Part shown: piece after piece, positions 12,027 through 24,239 of the stretch
How positions within the stretch are numbered: the first letter of the stretch is position 1
Layout: each line of letters opens with the position of its first letter
From: Felis catus
Lineage: Eukaryota
Direction of reading: 5' to 3'
DNA length: 64,000 nucleotides
NCBI RefSeq assembly: GCF_018350175.1
Contig: NC_058383.1
Coordinates: 14,572,001 to 14,636,000 of the forward strand
Program-made: the position numbers and the translations under genes
The notes under the pieces: generated by a model
The model's database searches: none
Seen by the model: the letters and a program-made list of their open reading frames with translations, nothing else
What the model was told of the DNA's origin: nothing

Positions 12027-12854
12027 AAGAGAGGGAGAAGGAAGGAAAGAGAGGCAGGAAGGGACAGGGAGTGACAGTAGAGGCATATATAAAGAGAGAA
12101 ACAAGTTCAGAAGGAAAGGGAGGAAGAAACAGCATTGGAAATGCAGATGAGGCATTCAGAGAAAGCCGAAGAGATAGAAAAAACGACAGAGAGAAAGGAA
12201 AAGAAAGAAGGGGCAAGGTAAGTAGAAAGTGTGGGAGACCGGCAAGAAAGAAACTAACAGAAGGGAGCGGGCTGGTGGTCCTGGGTCTTTTGCTAAACCT
12301 TCTCCCCGGCCGCGCCCACCCCGCCCTGGAAGAACTGTCCAGGGGCGCCTCTCAACTGCAGGCCCAGCGCCCCCTGCTGGAAATCTGGGTTTACATTCCT
12401 CAATGCGTGGAAGCCACTCCCCCTGCTACCTGTTAAGAGGAGGGTAAATTGGGGGATCTGACGGCTGGGTCTGGCCCCGGTGTGTGGAATGGTTGCCATG
12501 GTTGCCGAGGACGGCGGCACGGTGTGCAGCTGGGCGGCCGGGCATGTTGGTGGCTGGATGTGTGAACAGAGGCTGCCTGGGCCCCGCGGATGACCTGTGT
12601 CCCGTCGGCGGCCCAGAGCGATGCTGCCACACCCCCTGCCGGCGCCCGGCATTGATTTCTGTTGCTCCTTTCTCTAAAATGAGTTCAAAGAACACGAGGG
12701 GGGTTGTGACACTTGAGTGACTTTTCAGGGGATGGCGAGGAGGAGGAGCCCAGAACTCGCTGGTACCTTCCCAGGGCGCTCTGGTCTGACAAGCGGTCCC
12801 AGCCCCGGGTTGACCGGCTACCTCCTGGCATTTGAAGGCCCGCCAATCATTTTT

Positions 12855-13312
12855 AGGGTTTTCCACGCAGCGGAGCCTCTTGGCGGTAGGTGGAAGCCTA
12901 TAGACCCCTTCTTAGAATAACATCTTAGAAATGTGTGAGATAAAGTACGTAGCGTTACAGAGAAACTCGGTTCTCCAGAAACATACAAATTTTATGGTAC
13001 AGAAATATATGTACCTTTTTATTAATACATTAAATAAAATATATGAAGAGCCCGATCACTGTAATTTCAAAGTTGTAGGAGTACATACGTCACAAGGTCT
13101 GTGCAACAACTAACCCGACGTGAAACTGATTTCTACTGGTCACATTCCATCTACTGTGGATGGACTTTCATAATGGAAGGAAATGCTAAATGTCACTGGG
13201 AGGTGAAAGACACGAAGGGCTCGATGATTTTCCCACCCAAGTTCGCGGACTCCCTGAGTTCTATACATGGAGCCCTCAGGGGTCCGTGGGTCCTGAGGTT
13301 TAGAAACTGCAG
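12855..13312 (-). mobile_element. hAT-Charlie DNA transposon fossil (MER119-like)
   Basis: gaagcctatagaccccttcttagaataa...ggaaatgctaaat...cccacccaagttcgcggactccctgagttctatacatggagccc...ggtccgtggg. Confidence 0.75.
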
Positions 13313-14785
13313 ATATAGAGAGTTCTTGTCCAGGTCTTACCTTGCCGAGGCACTTCTGGACGCCAGACAAGTTTTCTTGGAGCCGATCCCTAAGTGAGTT
13401 AAAGGCAATTGCATGGATGTTGCCCCAGCCACTGATAATAGTGATGACAATAATACACTTTGCTAAAAGAAGAGTGGCCGGAACATCTCCCATGTTGACA
13501 CCCATGCAAGGGGCTTTATTTCATCTGATCTGTCCACCCCAAGCCCCATAAGCAGCCCAGACAGCCTCACAAAATCCCAGAACAGTGCTGACTTCCTGGG
13601 TCATCACAGCCAGCTCCCACAGCCGGCGGGGGCGGGGTGGGGCGGTCGTGAGCAGGTCAGCAGGGAATCTGGGAGCCTGCCTCTCAGCCTGCCCTGGGAA
13701 GCCCCTGCCAGAGGCTGTCAGCAAGAATGGTTCTAGAAGCCAGCTCTCCGTTACTCCTTGCTCCCAGCTTTCCTGGTTCCAACTTCCATTTTGCCACACA
13801 CCGGGCCAAAGATGCTTGCCTCCGTCACCTACTTTGAGGACCTACTTTCAACACGTTTCTCCGGTTCGATCCCAGAGGGAGCATTTGCCCCATAGGCTCT
13901 CTCCCATTACATAAAGGAAATACTTTGGTCCTCCCCTGGGACCCGTGGGGCCTGGTATAGCCTTTCCCATCAGGCCTACTTGCTGGCAGAGGATGATTAC
14001 GAGGGTAACAGATGCTGTCAGGCCTTCCACAGTGTGCACTGGCCGACTTCCAAATGTCCTTACCCGTGTCTCTTAGCCTGGGGGCTTTCCACGGCCACCA
14101 AGCAACGCCTGGCGGGAGTCGTATATAAATATCCAGCTTCTTCCTGCTCAAATGGGAAAAGTCTGAGCCATCAGAATTTGGGGAAGTCATCCATGCCAAT
14201 TCCCCGAATCTCCCCCACAGAATTAAGCTCAGGTCATCCAGGCGGTGGCTGGCTTTATCGGCCTGCCTTCCTGTCCCTTCTGGGGTCCTGCTCGTCCCAG
14301 ATAAACTGGCTGCACTTGAAGGTTTGTCGCAGTGTCTGTGTGTGAGGGGAACGAGCTAAGACAAACAGCTACCTCGTTCCCTGGCAGGCTTGTCTCTGGG
14401 GAAGGGATTGTGGTCCAGGGGCATGGAGCTGGTCTAGAGTCCTTTCCTGTTTGAGGAAGAATCACAGCTAACTGGATCCAGCCTCGGACCCCAGCCCAGG
14501 CCCTGAAGCCCCTCTTTAGATGCTTTGTGAGGGGTAAAGGGCTCTCTGATGGGGTCTTTTGGAAACTTCCATGCGTGTGCTCATCAGCTGAAGTTACGGG
14601 GGATGTATCTATGGGGCCGGAAGAGGGTTCCCAATATTCAACATTCTCCAAGTCTGGGAACAAGAATCTCTTTCCTTCTCTGTGCCCTCTGACATACTTC
14701 TCTTTCTAGATTCTTCCTGCAGGATGGCTAGTGAAGGCTCCTCTGTGAGTTCAGGATTTTACAAAGGATAAAAGCAGCTGGCTTC

Positions 14786-14967
14786 GGGGGCACCTGTGTG
14801 GCTCAGTCGGTCAAGCGTCCAATTCTTGATTTTGGCTTAGGTCATGATCTCGCGGTCACGAGACTGAGCTCCCTGTTGGGATTCCCTTCTTCCCTCTCCC
14901 TCTGCCCCTCCCCTGCTTGCGCTTGCGCTCTCCCTCTCAAAATAAATAAATAAACATTAAAAAAAAT
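14786..14967 (+). mobile_element. Can-SINE with internal deletion
   Basis: TSD aagcag(c/t)tggcttc. Confidence 0.9.
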
Positions 14968-15488
14968 AAGCAGTTGGCTTCGAACACTTCAGTGAATGAC
15001 CTGCCATAATTTCCCCTCAAAGTACAGCTGTAGCTAACCTTCCAGAAAATATGGGGGAGGGGTGGGTTATCCAGCTGTGCAAACAATGCCAACATCTGTG
15101 ATCAGATCCTTTGAATACAACAGCATCTGGGCCACAAAGCAAGGACCAACCCTTGTGTCTACAACAGACCCAAGGTCACTAGGAATCTAGAGCTGGTTAA
15201 TTCTGCCTATCAGGGCACCTGTACAGAGAGGCCAGTTACTGTGCCCACGTGTCACAGGTGGGCATGGCCAGGAACCCCCTTGACCCTCGTAAAGTGGCCA
15301 ATAGGACAGACAAATGTGCTCGAGACAAGCTCTAAGGTTAAATACGGAATTCGAGCCACCGTGGACACCATAGAGAGGACAATAGGGAGCAGACCACTGA
15401 GTAAAGACCTCTGGAAACTTCTGGCCTCCTGGGCCCTGCCTGTGTCTGAGCCTCCTTCCCAGAGGTTTCAGAAAGAAACACTGCGCCG

Positions 15489-15502
15489 GCGCCATCTAGT
15501 GA
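15489..15502 (-). promoter_or_regulatory. CTCF core motif TCACTAGATGGCGC (minus strand)
   Basis: GCGCCATCTAGTGA on +; 13/14 match to the consensus. Confidence 0.5.
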
Positions 15503-15536
15503 GCAAGTGAAGAAGTGCCACAGCTGAGATGATCTT

Positions 15537-16119
15537 CAGTTCAGAGCAGAACCTCTAGCTTCATCCACCGACCAAGCCCTCCAGTTCATCTAAACTTTAG
15601 ACAGTCTCTTCCTGACTCTAGGCCCCCGGCCCCCCTTTTCTAAGAGCACTTACTTTAGAAAACTTGCCAATGAAAATTCTTTCTCCGCCCTTTGGAAATA
15701 TGTATAAATCGTCTCGCGCCTCTTGCCAATTCTGCAACACAGGAATGTCTTTCTCACGGACCTGGGAGCCGTCCCTTTGAACTCTAGTCATGGAGGAAGA
15801 CAGCAACCTTATCCCACAACTTCTGGGGGTGGGGATAGGAACCCAACTTAGATGGATGCCCATTAGCAAGCGCAGATGGCCGAATCACAGAGAAAACCAT
15901 CTGCAAGCTTGGGAGAAACTCAATGTACTGGACACATCCTATCGTTTGGCCTCCTCCCCAGCCTCCTCCAGGGTTCCCTCCCAGCTCACCTCATTGAACA
16001 AAAACTCTGCTGCCTTTTGCTTCAGCAGAGTTGCGGTCGATCTTTCTCCCCTATTGCCGTCGTCTTGACTAAAGTCTTCCTTGCCTGCTCCTCTTGTCTG
16101 ATGCCATTTTTCTTTGACA
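15537..16119 (+). mobile_element. ERV1 solo LTR (MER34-like)
   Basis: ggaatgtctttctcacggacctgggagccgtccctttgaa...attagcaagcgcagatggcc...aaagtcttccttgcctg...ttttctttgaca; 5' boundary approximate. Confidence 0.7.
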
Positions 16120-16809
16120 TTCTTAACTTCGCTCTCCTGAGGCCCCTTCTGTAGGGCCTAACGTCAGCCCCAGGAGGCCTTAGGACCAGCAGAACCTCTC
16201 CCACCCCATCCACCAGGGTAGGCAGTGTCCGCCCCAGGGCTCCCAGGGTCCTCTTGCCCAACCCACTGCCCTAATTCAGGCCACTGTTCAGCAGAGCAGC
16301 CCCGCCACCCTGGGTCCGGAAGTGTGGAACAGAGAGCTTCTGGGATGCTCTGGGAGAAGGTGCCATTGACTAGGCCCTCACTGATTTATTTTTCCTTTGA
16401 AAGCTGTCTTCTCTGTTGCTCATGGGATGCTGGGTAGAAGGGGTGTAGTCAGATGTCAGGCCGCCATCTTGATCTCATTCCGACACCAAAGAGGCTGTGA
16501 TCCTGAAACAGGAGCTCGGGCACACAGACCCCTCTTCCCTGGACACCTGTACTTTGGTGCCGCTCCCCAGCTCATTGAAAAAATTTCAATCACCCACTGT
16601 CTACAGCTTCAGGCTTCATGGTCCGCAGTCTCAAACCACAAGGATCAGTTCTGAAAACTTAGGTTGTTGGCAGTTGTATGAAGAACCATCTTTAATTTCT
16701 TCAAAGATTCCAGAGCGTTTCTTTACCTCGGTGGTCAACTTGTGGTACGGTGTCCCCTTAGAAGCTAGAAGAAGGGCTCTCAACCCCCTTTATAAACAGA
16801 GCAGAGAGA

Positions 16810-17024
16810 GGGGCGCCTGGGTGGCTCAGTCGGTTGAGCGTCTGACTTTGGCTCTGGTCATGATCTCGCGGTCCGTGAGTTCGAGCCCCATGTCAGGCTC
16901 TGTACTGACAGCTTGGAGCCTGGAGCCTGTTTTGGATTCTGTGTCTCCCTCTCTCTCTGCCCCACCCCCCCACGCACACTCTGTGTCTGTCTCTCAAAAT
17001 AAATAAACGTTTAAAAAATTTTTT
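16810..17024 (+). mobile_element. Can-SINE
   Basis: TSD taaacagagcagagaga. Confidence 0.95.
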
Positions 17025-17659
17025 TAAACAGAGCAGAGAGAGACGCAGTCCTGGCCAGTGGTGACTCCGGTGCACGTAAGACGCGAGCTTCCTTCATTTC
17101 AAATTTTAGAAGTGAAATTACGAGTGTGTCGCCGTGTGGGTGACTTTGGCCGGGAGGAAGATTGTGTCAGGAAAACTGTTTATCTCTGCACATTCTCCTC
17201 AAATCTTTTCAAGACAGGATGTCTTGGCGACTTAGAGGCTTCCGGTAGTTTGTGTGTGTCTCCTGGGGTCCATAAATGAGCTGCAATTTTATGAAAATGG
17301 AATCGACTTGACATGTAGGGTCTCATCCATTACTGCCAAGTAAGCGACGGGCGGGCAGTTGGCGATAAACTTCAGCGTTCATTTCCAGCCATTCAAAAGC
17401 AATCCCTCTAGGTAAATGGGTATTTCAAAGTTCAGCCTTCCTCTCTCTTTCTTCTCCCAGTTTTACTGAGCTATAATTGACATTGTATTAGTCCAACGTA
17501 CACCACGTAACGATCTGATATCTGTAGGTGTTGCAAACTGATTCCCCCAATAAGTGGGACGGGATTCCCATCACCACATACAGTTAGTTACACATTTTCG
17601 TGTGCGTGATAAGGACTTTTACGATCTATTACCTTAGCAACTTCCAAATGTACAATATT

Positions 17660-17868
17660 GTGGTGGTGGTGGTGGTGGTTGTTTTTCATTTGAGAGAGAG
17701 TGCACGTGTGCACGCGGGAGGGGCAGAGGGAGGGAGAGAAAGAATCTTAAGCAGACTCCACGCTCAGTGTGGAGCCCGACGTGGGGCTCGATCCCATGAT
17801 GCTGGGATCACGACCTGAGCCGAAATCAGGAGTCAAGACGCTCACCCGACTGAGCCGCCCAGGCGCCC
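17660..17868 (-). mobile_element. Can-SINE with (ACC)n-derived tail
   Basis: TSD acaatat. Confidence 0.9.
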
Positions 17869-18248
17869 CACAATATGGTATTGTTAACTATTGCTGCCAT
17901 GCTGTGCATTGGATCTCCAGGACTCAATTGATCTTATAACTAGAAATTTGTACCTTTTGACCACCCTCATCCATGAGTTCGGTGTTTTAGATTCCACACA
18001 GAAGTGAAATCGTATGGTATTTGTATTCCTCTGTATGATTTATCTCACTTAACATAATGCTCTCAGGGTCCATCCGTGTCTTGGCAAAGGGCAGGGTTTC
18101 CTTTTTTTGTTAGGGATGAATAATATTCCACTGTGCCTATATACCCCATCTTACTTATCCATTCATCCGTGGACGGATACTCGGGTTGTCTCCGTGTCTT
18201 GGACGCAGTAAAATGGGGGTGCAGACATCATTTCAAGAGAGTGGTTTT

Positions 18249-18482
18249 GGGGCGCCTGGGTGGCGCAGTCGGTTAAGCGTCCGACTTCAGCCAGGTCACG
18301 ATCTCACGGTCCGTGAGTTCGAGCCCCGCGTCAGGCTCTGGGCTGATGGCTTGGAGCCTGGAGCCTGTTTCCGATTCTGTGTCTCCCTCTCTCTCTGCCC
18401 CTCTCCCGTTCATGCTCTGTCTCTCTCTGTCCCAAAAATAAATTAAAAAAAAACGTTGAAAAAAGAATTAAAAAAAAAAAAA
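18249..18482 (+). mobile_element. Can-SINE (SINEC_Fc type)
   Basis: TSD aagagagtggtttt, long A tail. Confidence 0.95.
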
Positions 18483-19142
18483 AAGAGAGTGGTTTTGTTT
18501 TCCTTAAATACCCAGCAATGAAATGGCTGGATCACAAGGTAAGCTCTATTTTTAATTTTGGGGGGACCCTCCATGCTGCTTTCCAAAGTGGCCTTGCACT
18601 CTCACCCACAGTGCACCGGGATTCCCTTTTCTCCACATCTTCACCAACGCTTGTTTTCTCTTGTCTCTTTGATAACAGCCACCCTAACCGGGGTGGGGTG
18701 ACATCTCATTGTGGTTTTGATTTGCATTCCCCTGATGATGAGCGATGTTGAGCACCTTTTCATGTACCTGTTGGCCGTTTGTATGTCTTCTTTGGAGAAA
18801 TGTCTGTAAGTTCCTCCGCCCATTTTTAAATCAGTTTGTTTGCTTTTTGCTATTGAATTGTAGGAGCTCTTTATGTATTTTGAGTATTAACCCCTAAGAG
18901 TACTTGCAAATATCTCCTCCCATTCCGGAGCTTGCCTTTTCCTTTGGTTGCTGGTTTTCTTTTCTGCACAAGAAGCTTTTTAGTGTGATGTATCTCTCAT
19001 CGCTTCAAACGTACATATCCTCATATATCATGTGCCTCATATATATGGCACATGTGGGGTGCAAGTGGGGTGGTGGGGGTGGGGTAGGTATCTCTGGTCT
19101 CCTTGCAGTCCGTGGGGCCTCTGCTGACCTCTACTGGAATGT

Positions 19143-19880
19143 TCTTCACCTCCCCCTTCCTTCTTACCTCCCTTCCACCTTTCCTCCTTCCCTTCCCCCC
19201 TTCCTTCTTTCCTTCCTTCCTTCTTTCCTTCCTTCATCCCTCCCTCCCCCCACTTCGTTTTTCCCTCCCTTCCACTCTTCCTCCCTCCCTCTTCCTTCCT
19301 TCCTTGCTTCCTTCTTTCCTCCCTCTTTCACCCTTCTTTCTTCCCTCCCTTCCACCTTTCCTCTCTCCTCTTTCATTCCTTCCTTCTTTTGTTCCTTCCT
19401 CCCTCCCTCCCTCCCTCTCATCCTCCTTCCTTCCTTCCTTCCTTCCTAACTTCCTCCCTTCCTCCCTTCCTTCCTTCCTTCTCTCCTCCCTCCCTCCCTC
19501 CCTCCTCCATCGTCCCTTCTTCCCTCCCTCCCCCCTCCCTCCTCCTTCCTTCCTTCCTTCCCTCCTTCATCCCTCCCTCCCCCACCCTCCTTTCTTCCCT
19601 CCTTTCCTCCCTCCCTTTCCCCCCTTCCTTCTTTCCTTCCTTCCTTCCTCTGATCCTTCCTCCCTCCCTCCCTCCTCTTTCCTTCCACCCTCCCTCCCTC
19701 ACCCTTCCTTCTTCCTTCCCTTCCACCTTTCCTCCCTCCCTTCCCTCCCTCCTTCCTTCCTTCCTTTCTTCCTTCCATTCTCCCTCCCTCCCTCCTTCCC
19801 TGCCTTCCTGCCTTCTTTCCTTCTTTATTTTCTTCCCTCCTTCTTCTCTCCTCCTTCTTTCTCTTCTTTGTATTTTTCCC
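19143..19880 (+). repeat. ~740 bp polypyrimidine (CCTT/CCCT-rich) tract
   Basis: Almost purine-free; source of the spurious P/S/L/F- and G/R/E/K-rich ORFs. Confidence 0.95.
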
Positions 19881-20169
19881 CACGGGCCACCGCTCAGTAT
19901 TGTGAACCCATATGCGGCCTTTTCATAAATTACTGCCTCTCTGGGTTTGATCTTGGCAGCATGAACCTGGAGCTTGCAGAGGAACACAGCATGCTCCGTG
20001 CTGATGCCTCGTCCTTCCAACAAGCGCCACACGGTGGCGAGAGCACACTTGTTCTGGAACGGTTCAGTTTAATGGGGCTAAACTGGGTTGTTGACAGGTT
20101 TTAAAAGACCAAGGATTTTCAATATCTGGTTTAGGCATAAAGCTGAATTATTTCAAAAACCTGGTTGGA

Positions 20170-21100
20170 AAGGAAGACATCCAGATGGCCAACAGACACA
20201 CACGAAAGGATGCTCCACATCACTCACCGTCAGGGAAACGCAAACCAAAACCACGGTGAGATGTCACCTCACACGTGTCAGAAATGGCTGAAGTCAAAAA
20301 GATAAGACATAGCAAGTGTTGACGAGGATGTGGAGGAAAAGGATCCCTTGTGCACTGGTGGTGGGAAGGCAAACCGGTGCAGCCATTGTGGGAAACAGTA
20401 CGGAGGTTCCTCAAAAAATCCAAAATAGAAATACCACACGAGCCAATAAGTCTACGATTGGGTATTTACCCCAAGAAAATGAAGACACTAATTTGAACAG
20501 ATACACGCATTCCTCTGTTTACTGAAGTATTAGTCATAGTAGCCAAGATACGGAAGCAACCCAAGTGTCACAATAGACAAGTGGATAAAGAAGATGTGAG
20601 ATATATATATATATATATGTATATATATTTATATATATTTATATATGTGTATATATGTATATATATTTATATATATGTGTATATATATATATGTATACAT
20701 ATGTGTGTGTATATATATATATATATGACAGAATATTACTCAGCCATAAAAAGGGACAAGACCTTGCCATTTGCAACAACATGGATGGACCTAGAGGGTA
20801 TTTTGCTAATTAATCACACCTATAAATACAGAGAAAACACTGGTGGATGTCAGAGGGGAAGGGGCAGGGGGTGGGGAGGGGGGAGTACAGGTTTCCAGTT
20901 AAGGAATGTATCAGGCATGGGGATGAAAGGTACAGGGTAGGGAGTACAGTCAAGGGTATTAGGTCGTATGACGACAGATGGTCGTCACACTTGTGAGTGT
21001 AGAATAATGTACAGAATTGCCAAATCCCTATTTTGTACACACGAGACCAATGTTACGCTGTGCATCAACTATAATCAAGTGAACATATTTTTTTGAAAAA
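20170..21100 (+). mobile_element. L1 3' fragment with (TA)n-rich expansion at 20600-20725
   Basis: gaagacatccagatggccaacagacac...cagccataaaaagg...ttgccatttgcaacaacatggatggacctagagggt. Confidence 0.85.
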
Positions 21101-21180
21101 ACCGGGCATTTTAAACAATTAAAAAAAACAAACTTCAGACGGAGAGGGCTTGTGCCTCCAGCTTTGTGATACAGAGTCAT

Positions 21181-21552
21181 CAGCAGTTCCCCCTGTGACA
21201 TCTGGGGAGTGATTAAATATTCAGATTCCTGCGGCGCGCCTGGGTGCTTCAGTCCGTTAAGCGTCCGACTTCAACTCAGGTCATGATCTCACAGTTCGTG
21301 AGTTCGAGCCCCGCATCGGGCTCTGCGCTGACAGCTCGGCGCCTGGAGCCCGCTTCGGATTCTGTGTCTCCCTCTGTCTCTGTCCCTCCCCCGCTTGTAC
21401 TCTGTCTCTCTTAAATATAAATCAATATTTTTAAAAAATTCAGATTCCTGGGCCCCACCCCCACCCTACTGGTTGAACCCCTTGGTGAGAGGCCTGAGAA
21501 CTCCGATTTTATCAAATTCTCCAGTGATTCCCATGTAAAGAACCCAGCGCTG
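21181..21552. mobile_element. MER5-type hAT MITE interrupted by a Can-SINE (+, 21231-21438)
   Basis: cagattcctgggccccacccc...aaattctccagtgatt; SINE TSD attcagattcct. Confidence 0.75.
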
Positions 21553-22552
21553 GCTGGTAGGAGCTTGGGATTGCCATGGTTGTGGTAGCCTGGGGGGGGG
21601 GGGGGCGGGGGGTGAGGAGTGGGGGACAGGAGCAGGCATTTCCTTCCAGGCTCCAACCCGGCCCCTTTGGCAATCAAACTCCATTCGGTGATCTGAGCCT
21701 GGGTCTCCAAACCAGCACTGGGTCTGACCCCTTGGGTGGCATATAAAGGGTACGTTCTGGACACACAGAGCCTTCATCTCTGACCACTTAAGGACTGGAG
21801 TCCTTATGCCTCCACTTAGGGCTTGTTGGAGGTCAACTGTCTTCAATGCTTTCCTCACGACCTGCCCCGGACTTACTCGGGGACCTCACGACAGCTCTTC
21901 TCTCTTTAGAGAGGAAGAGATCGTTCGTAAACGATCGAGCACAATGCGGAATAAGTATGATCATCAATGTCGTTGCCCGTGGAAGGCAGGGTGTCAAGGG
22001 TCCCCGTGTCACCCTGTGTCCCATGATTCATAAGACAGACTCCCAGGAGCCAGAAAAACGGTCATCCCCCAAATTATGGTTTATTTCAGTGGAAAGGTAC
22101 AGCTGAAAATCAGCAACTGAGAAAGGCAAGAGTCCGGGAGAGACCAGGCGGAAGCTTCCAGTTGTGCACGCCCAATGATCACGCAGACAGCACCGAATCC
22201 TCCCTGCGTTGATGTGGGACCTGTATGAGGTCTCGCCAGCCAGGAAGGCTCACAAGAAATTGGCCCAGGGCTCTTCTTGGGGGTCATGTAGGCCTGAAGC
22301 AGCTCACTGACCTTAGGTACTCAGTACCCAGCCCCTCACCCCACCCCCAGAGGTCAAAAGGATAGGTCAAAAGGTCAAAAGGATAGAGGTCAAAAGGATA
22401 GACCCCAGGCAAACAAAAGCAAACACTCATCATAAATCACTTAGCTTACGCACACAATGACCCCCTTATCAGCCAGGATACTCCAAGGGGAGGCTCCCCA
22501 GGGGTCTGGAAAAGCTAGTCCTGAAGGCCTTTGAAATGTGCAGGGTCTTGGG

Positions 22553-22553
<1 letters not shown>

Positions 22554-22618
<65 letters not shown>
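22554..22618 (+). repeat. Poly-G homopolymer (65 nt)
   Basis: Read directly from sequence. Confidence 0.9.
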
Positions 22619-22619
<1 letters not shown>

Positions 22620-22714
22620 GCTGCAGCCGAGTTAACCGGCTAAGCAGGCCAGGCAAGAGTTACTGTCAACATCCGATGCACTGGGAGACGGAGATTGACA
22701 TATGACAAACGTCA

Positions 22715-22943
22715 GGGCACTTGGGTGGCTCCGTTGGGTTAAGCGTCCAAGTCCTGATTTCGGCTCCGGTCGTGATCTCACAGTTTGTAGGTTCGAGCCC
22801 TGAGCCTGCTGAGGGCGCAGAGCCTGTTTGGGATTCTCTCTCTCTCTCTCTCTCACTCTCTCTCTCTCTCTCTCTCTGCCTCCACCCTGCTCGTGCTTTC
22901 TTTGTCTCTCAAAAGAAACAAAACATTTTTAAAAATTAAAAAA
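22715..22943 (+). mobile_element. Can-SINE
   Basis: Head, B box, long (CT)n, A-rich tail; TSD-like tatgacaaa. Confidence 0.85.
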
Positions 22944-23514
22944 GAACTATGACAAAGTCACAGAGGATAAGGCAAGAAATGAGGTGTCCTACCGCCAAAG
23001 GGGTACAATTCAAGACAGGGAAACTGTGTGAAAAAGCGACTGAGTGAAACCAGCAGCGCTGACCAGGGTTGTTGCTGGTGGAAAAAACCCAGCCATGGAG
23101 AGCGGCTGTTGGAAATGCCCCTGGGCGACCGTGTGCGGGGCTAGGGTGCTGAGACCCCCAGCCTAAGCCGGGAGAGGATTGTTCATATGTTCATTCGACT
23201 TCCGTCTGCAAGCTCAGGAAACGCACAGAACCAACAGCTTCAGCATTTAAGTCAACATGCGGGGGACAGGCTTGCAGGTCCGGGGGCACGAACCGGGGTT
23301 CAAGGGCGCGCCCAGCCTGGTGCCAGGCTCCGTGCGGGAAGGCAGAGGGCAGGGGTCCTGGTCTTGGCACAGCCCGTATGAGGGCACAGGGTCCCACCCT
23401 GCTCTGCTGGCAGCAACAGAGACAGTCACATGTCACCTTTCTTTGTGTTTTTCTTTTCTTTCCCTCCCTCCCCCTTCCTTTTCTTTCTTTTCTTCCTTCC
23501 TGTTAAATAGACAA

Positions 23515-24053
23515 AAAAAATTTTTTTATTCGAGAAAGAGAGAGACAGCGCACAGGTGGGGTAGAGGGGCAAAGGGAGAGAGACTTTTTTTTTTTTAACT
23601 TTAAAAGTGTTTATTTATTTTTGAGAGAGAAAGAGACACACACACAGTGAGAGTGGGGGAGTCACAGAGAGAGAAGAGACCCAGAATCCAAAGCAGGCTC
23701 CAGGCTCTGAGCTGTCAGCACAGAGCCTGAGGCGGGGCTCGAACCCACCAGATGTGAGATCATGACCTGAGCCAAAGTCCGCGGTTCAACCAACTGAGCC
23801 ACCCAGACGTCCGGAGAATCTTTCTTTTTTCTTTTTTTTTTTTTTTTAAGTTTACTTACTTGAGAGAGAGAGAGAGAGAGAGAACACGAGCAGGGAAAAG
23901 TCTGAGAGAGAGGGAGAGAAAGACAATCCCAAGCAGGCTCCGCACTGTCAGCGCAGAATCCGACGCGGGGCTCGAACTCCCCAACTGTGACATCATGACC
24001 TGAGCACAAATCAAGAGTCCCGTGTTCAACTGGCCGAGCCACCCAGGCGTCCC
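23515..24053 (-). mobile_element. Stack of Can-SINEs: tail fragment 23515-23584, full copies 23585-23811 and 23821-24053
   Basis: Three T-rich tails and GA tracts, two heads. Confidence 0.85.
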
Positions 24054-24239
24054 ACAAACGTCACCTTTTTTTTGGGGGGGGGGGGGCTACAAAATTGTTA
24101 GAGCAGCAGCTCCCTGGTGTCCTACCTGCCGCCCCAGAGGATCTCCCTCTACCCGGAATTCTGATCATTTTTTAAAGGGAAAATGCTAAGTACTCTTAGC
24201 ATAAAAACAAAACCTTTCACAGCTCAGAGTCCAAGCGGG

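Larger units (their letters stand above)
17458..18990 (-). mobile_element. L1 3' end (L1MA9/carnivore-like) carrying two SINEs
   Basis: gagctataattgaca...cttagcaacttccaaatgtacaata...tcattgtggttttgatttgcattcccctgatgatgagcgatgttgagcac. Confidence 0.85.

Noticed and set aside
18904..20104. Longest track ORFs (333, 204, 181, 179 aa)
   Set aside because: Translations of the C/T low-complexity tract, which cannot contain stop codons; no domain structure.
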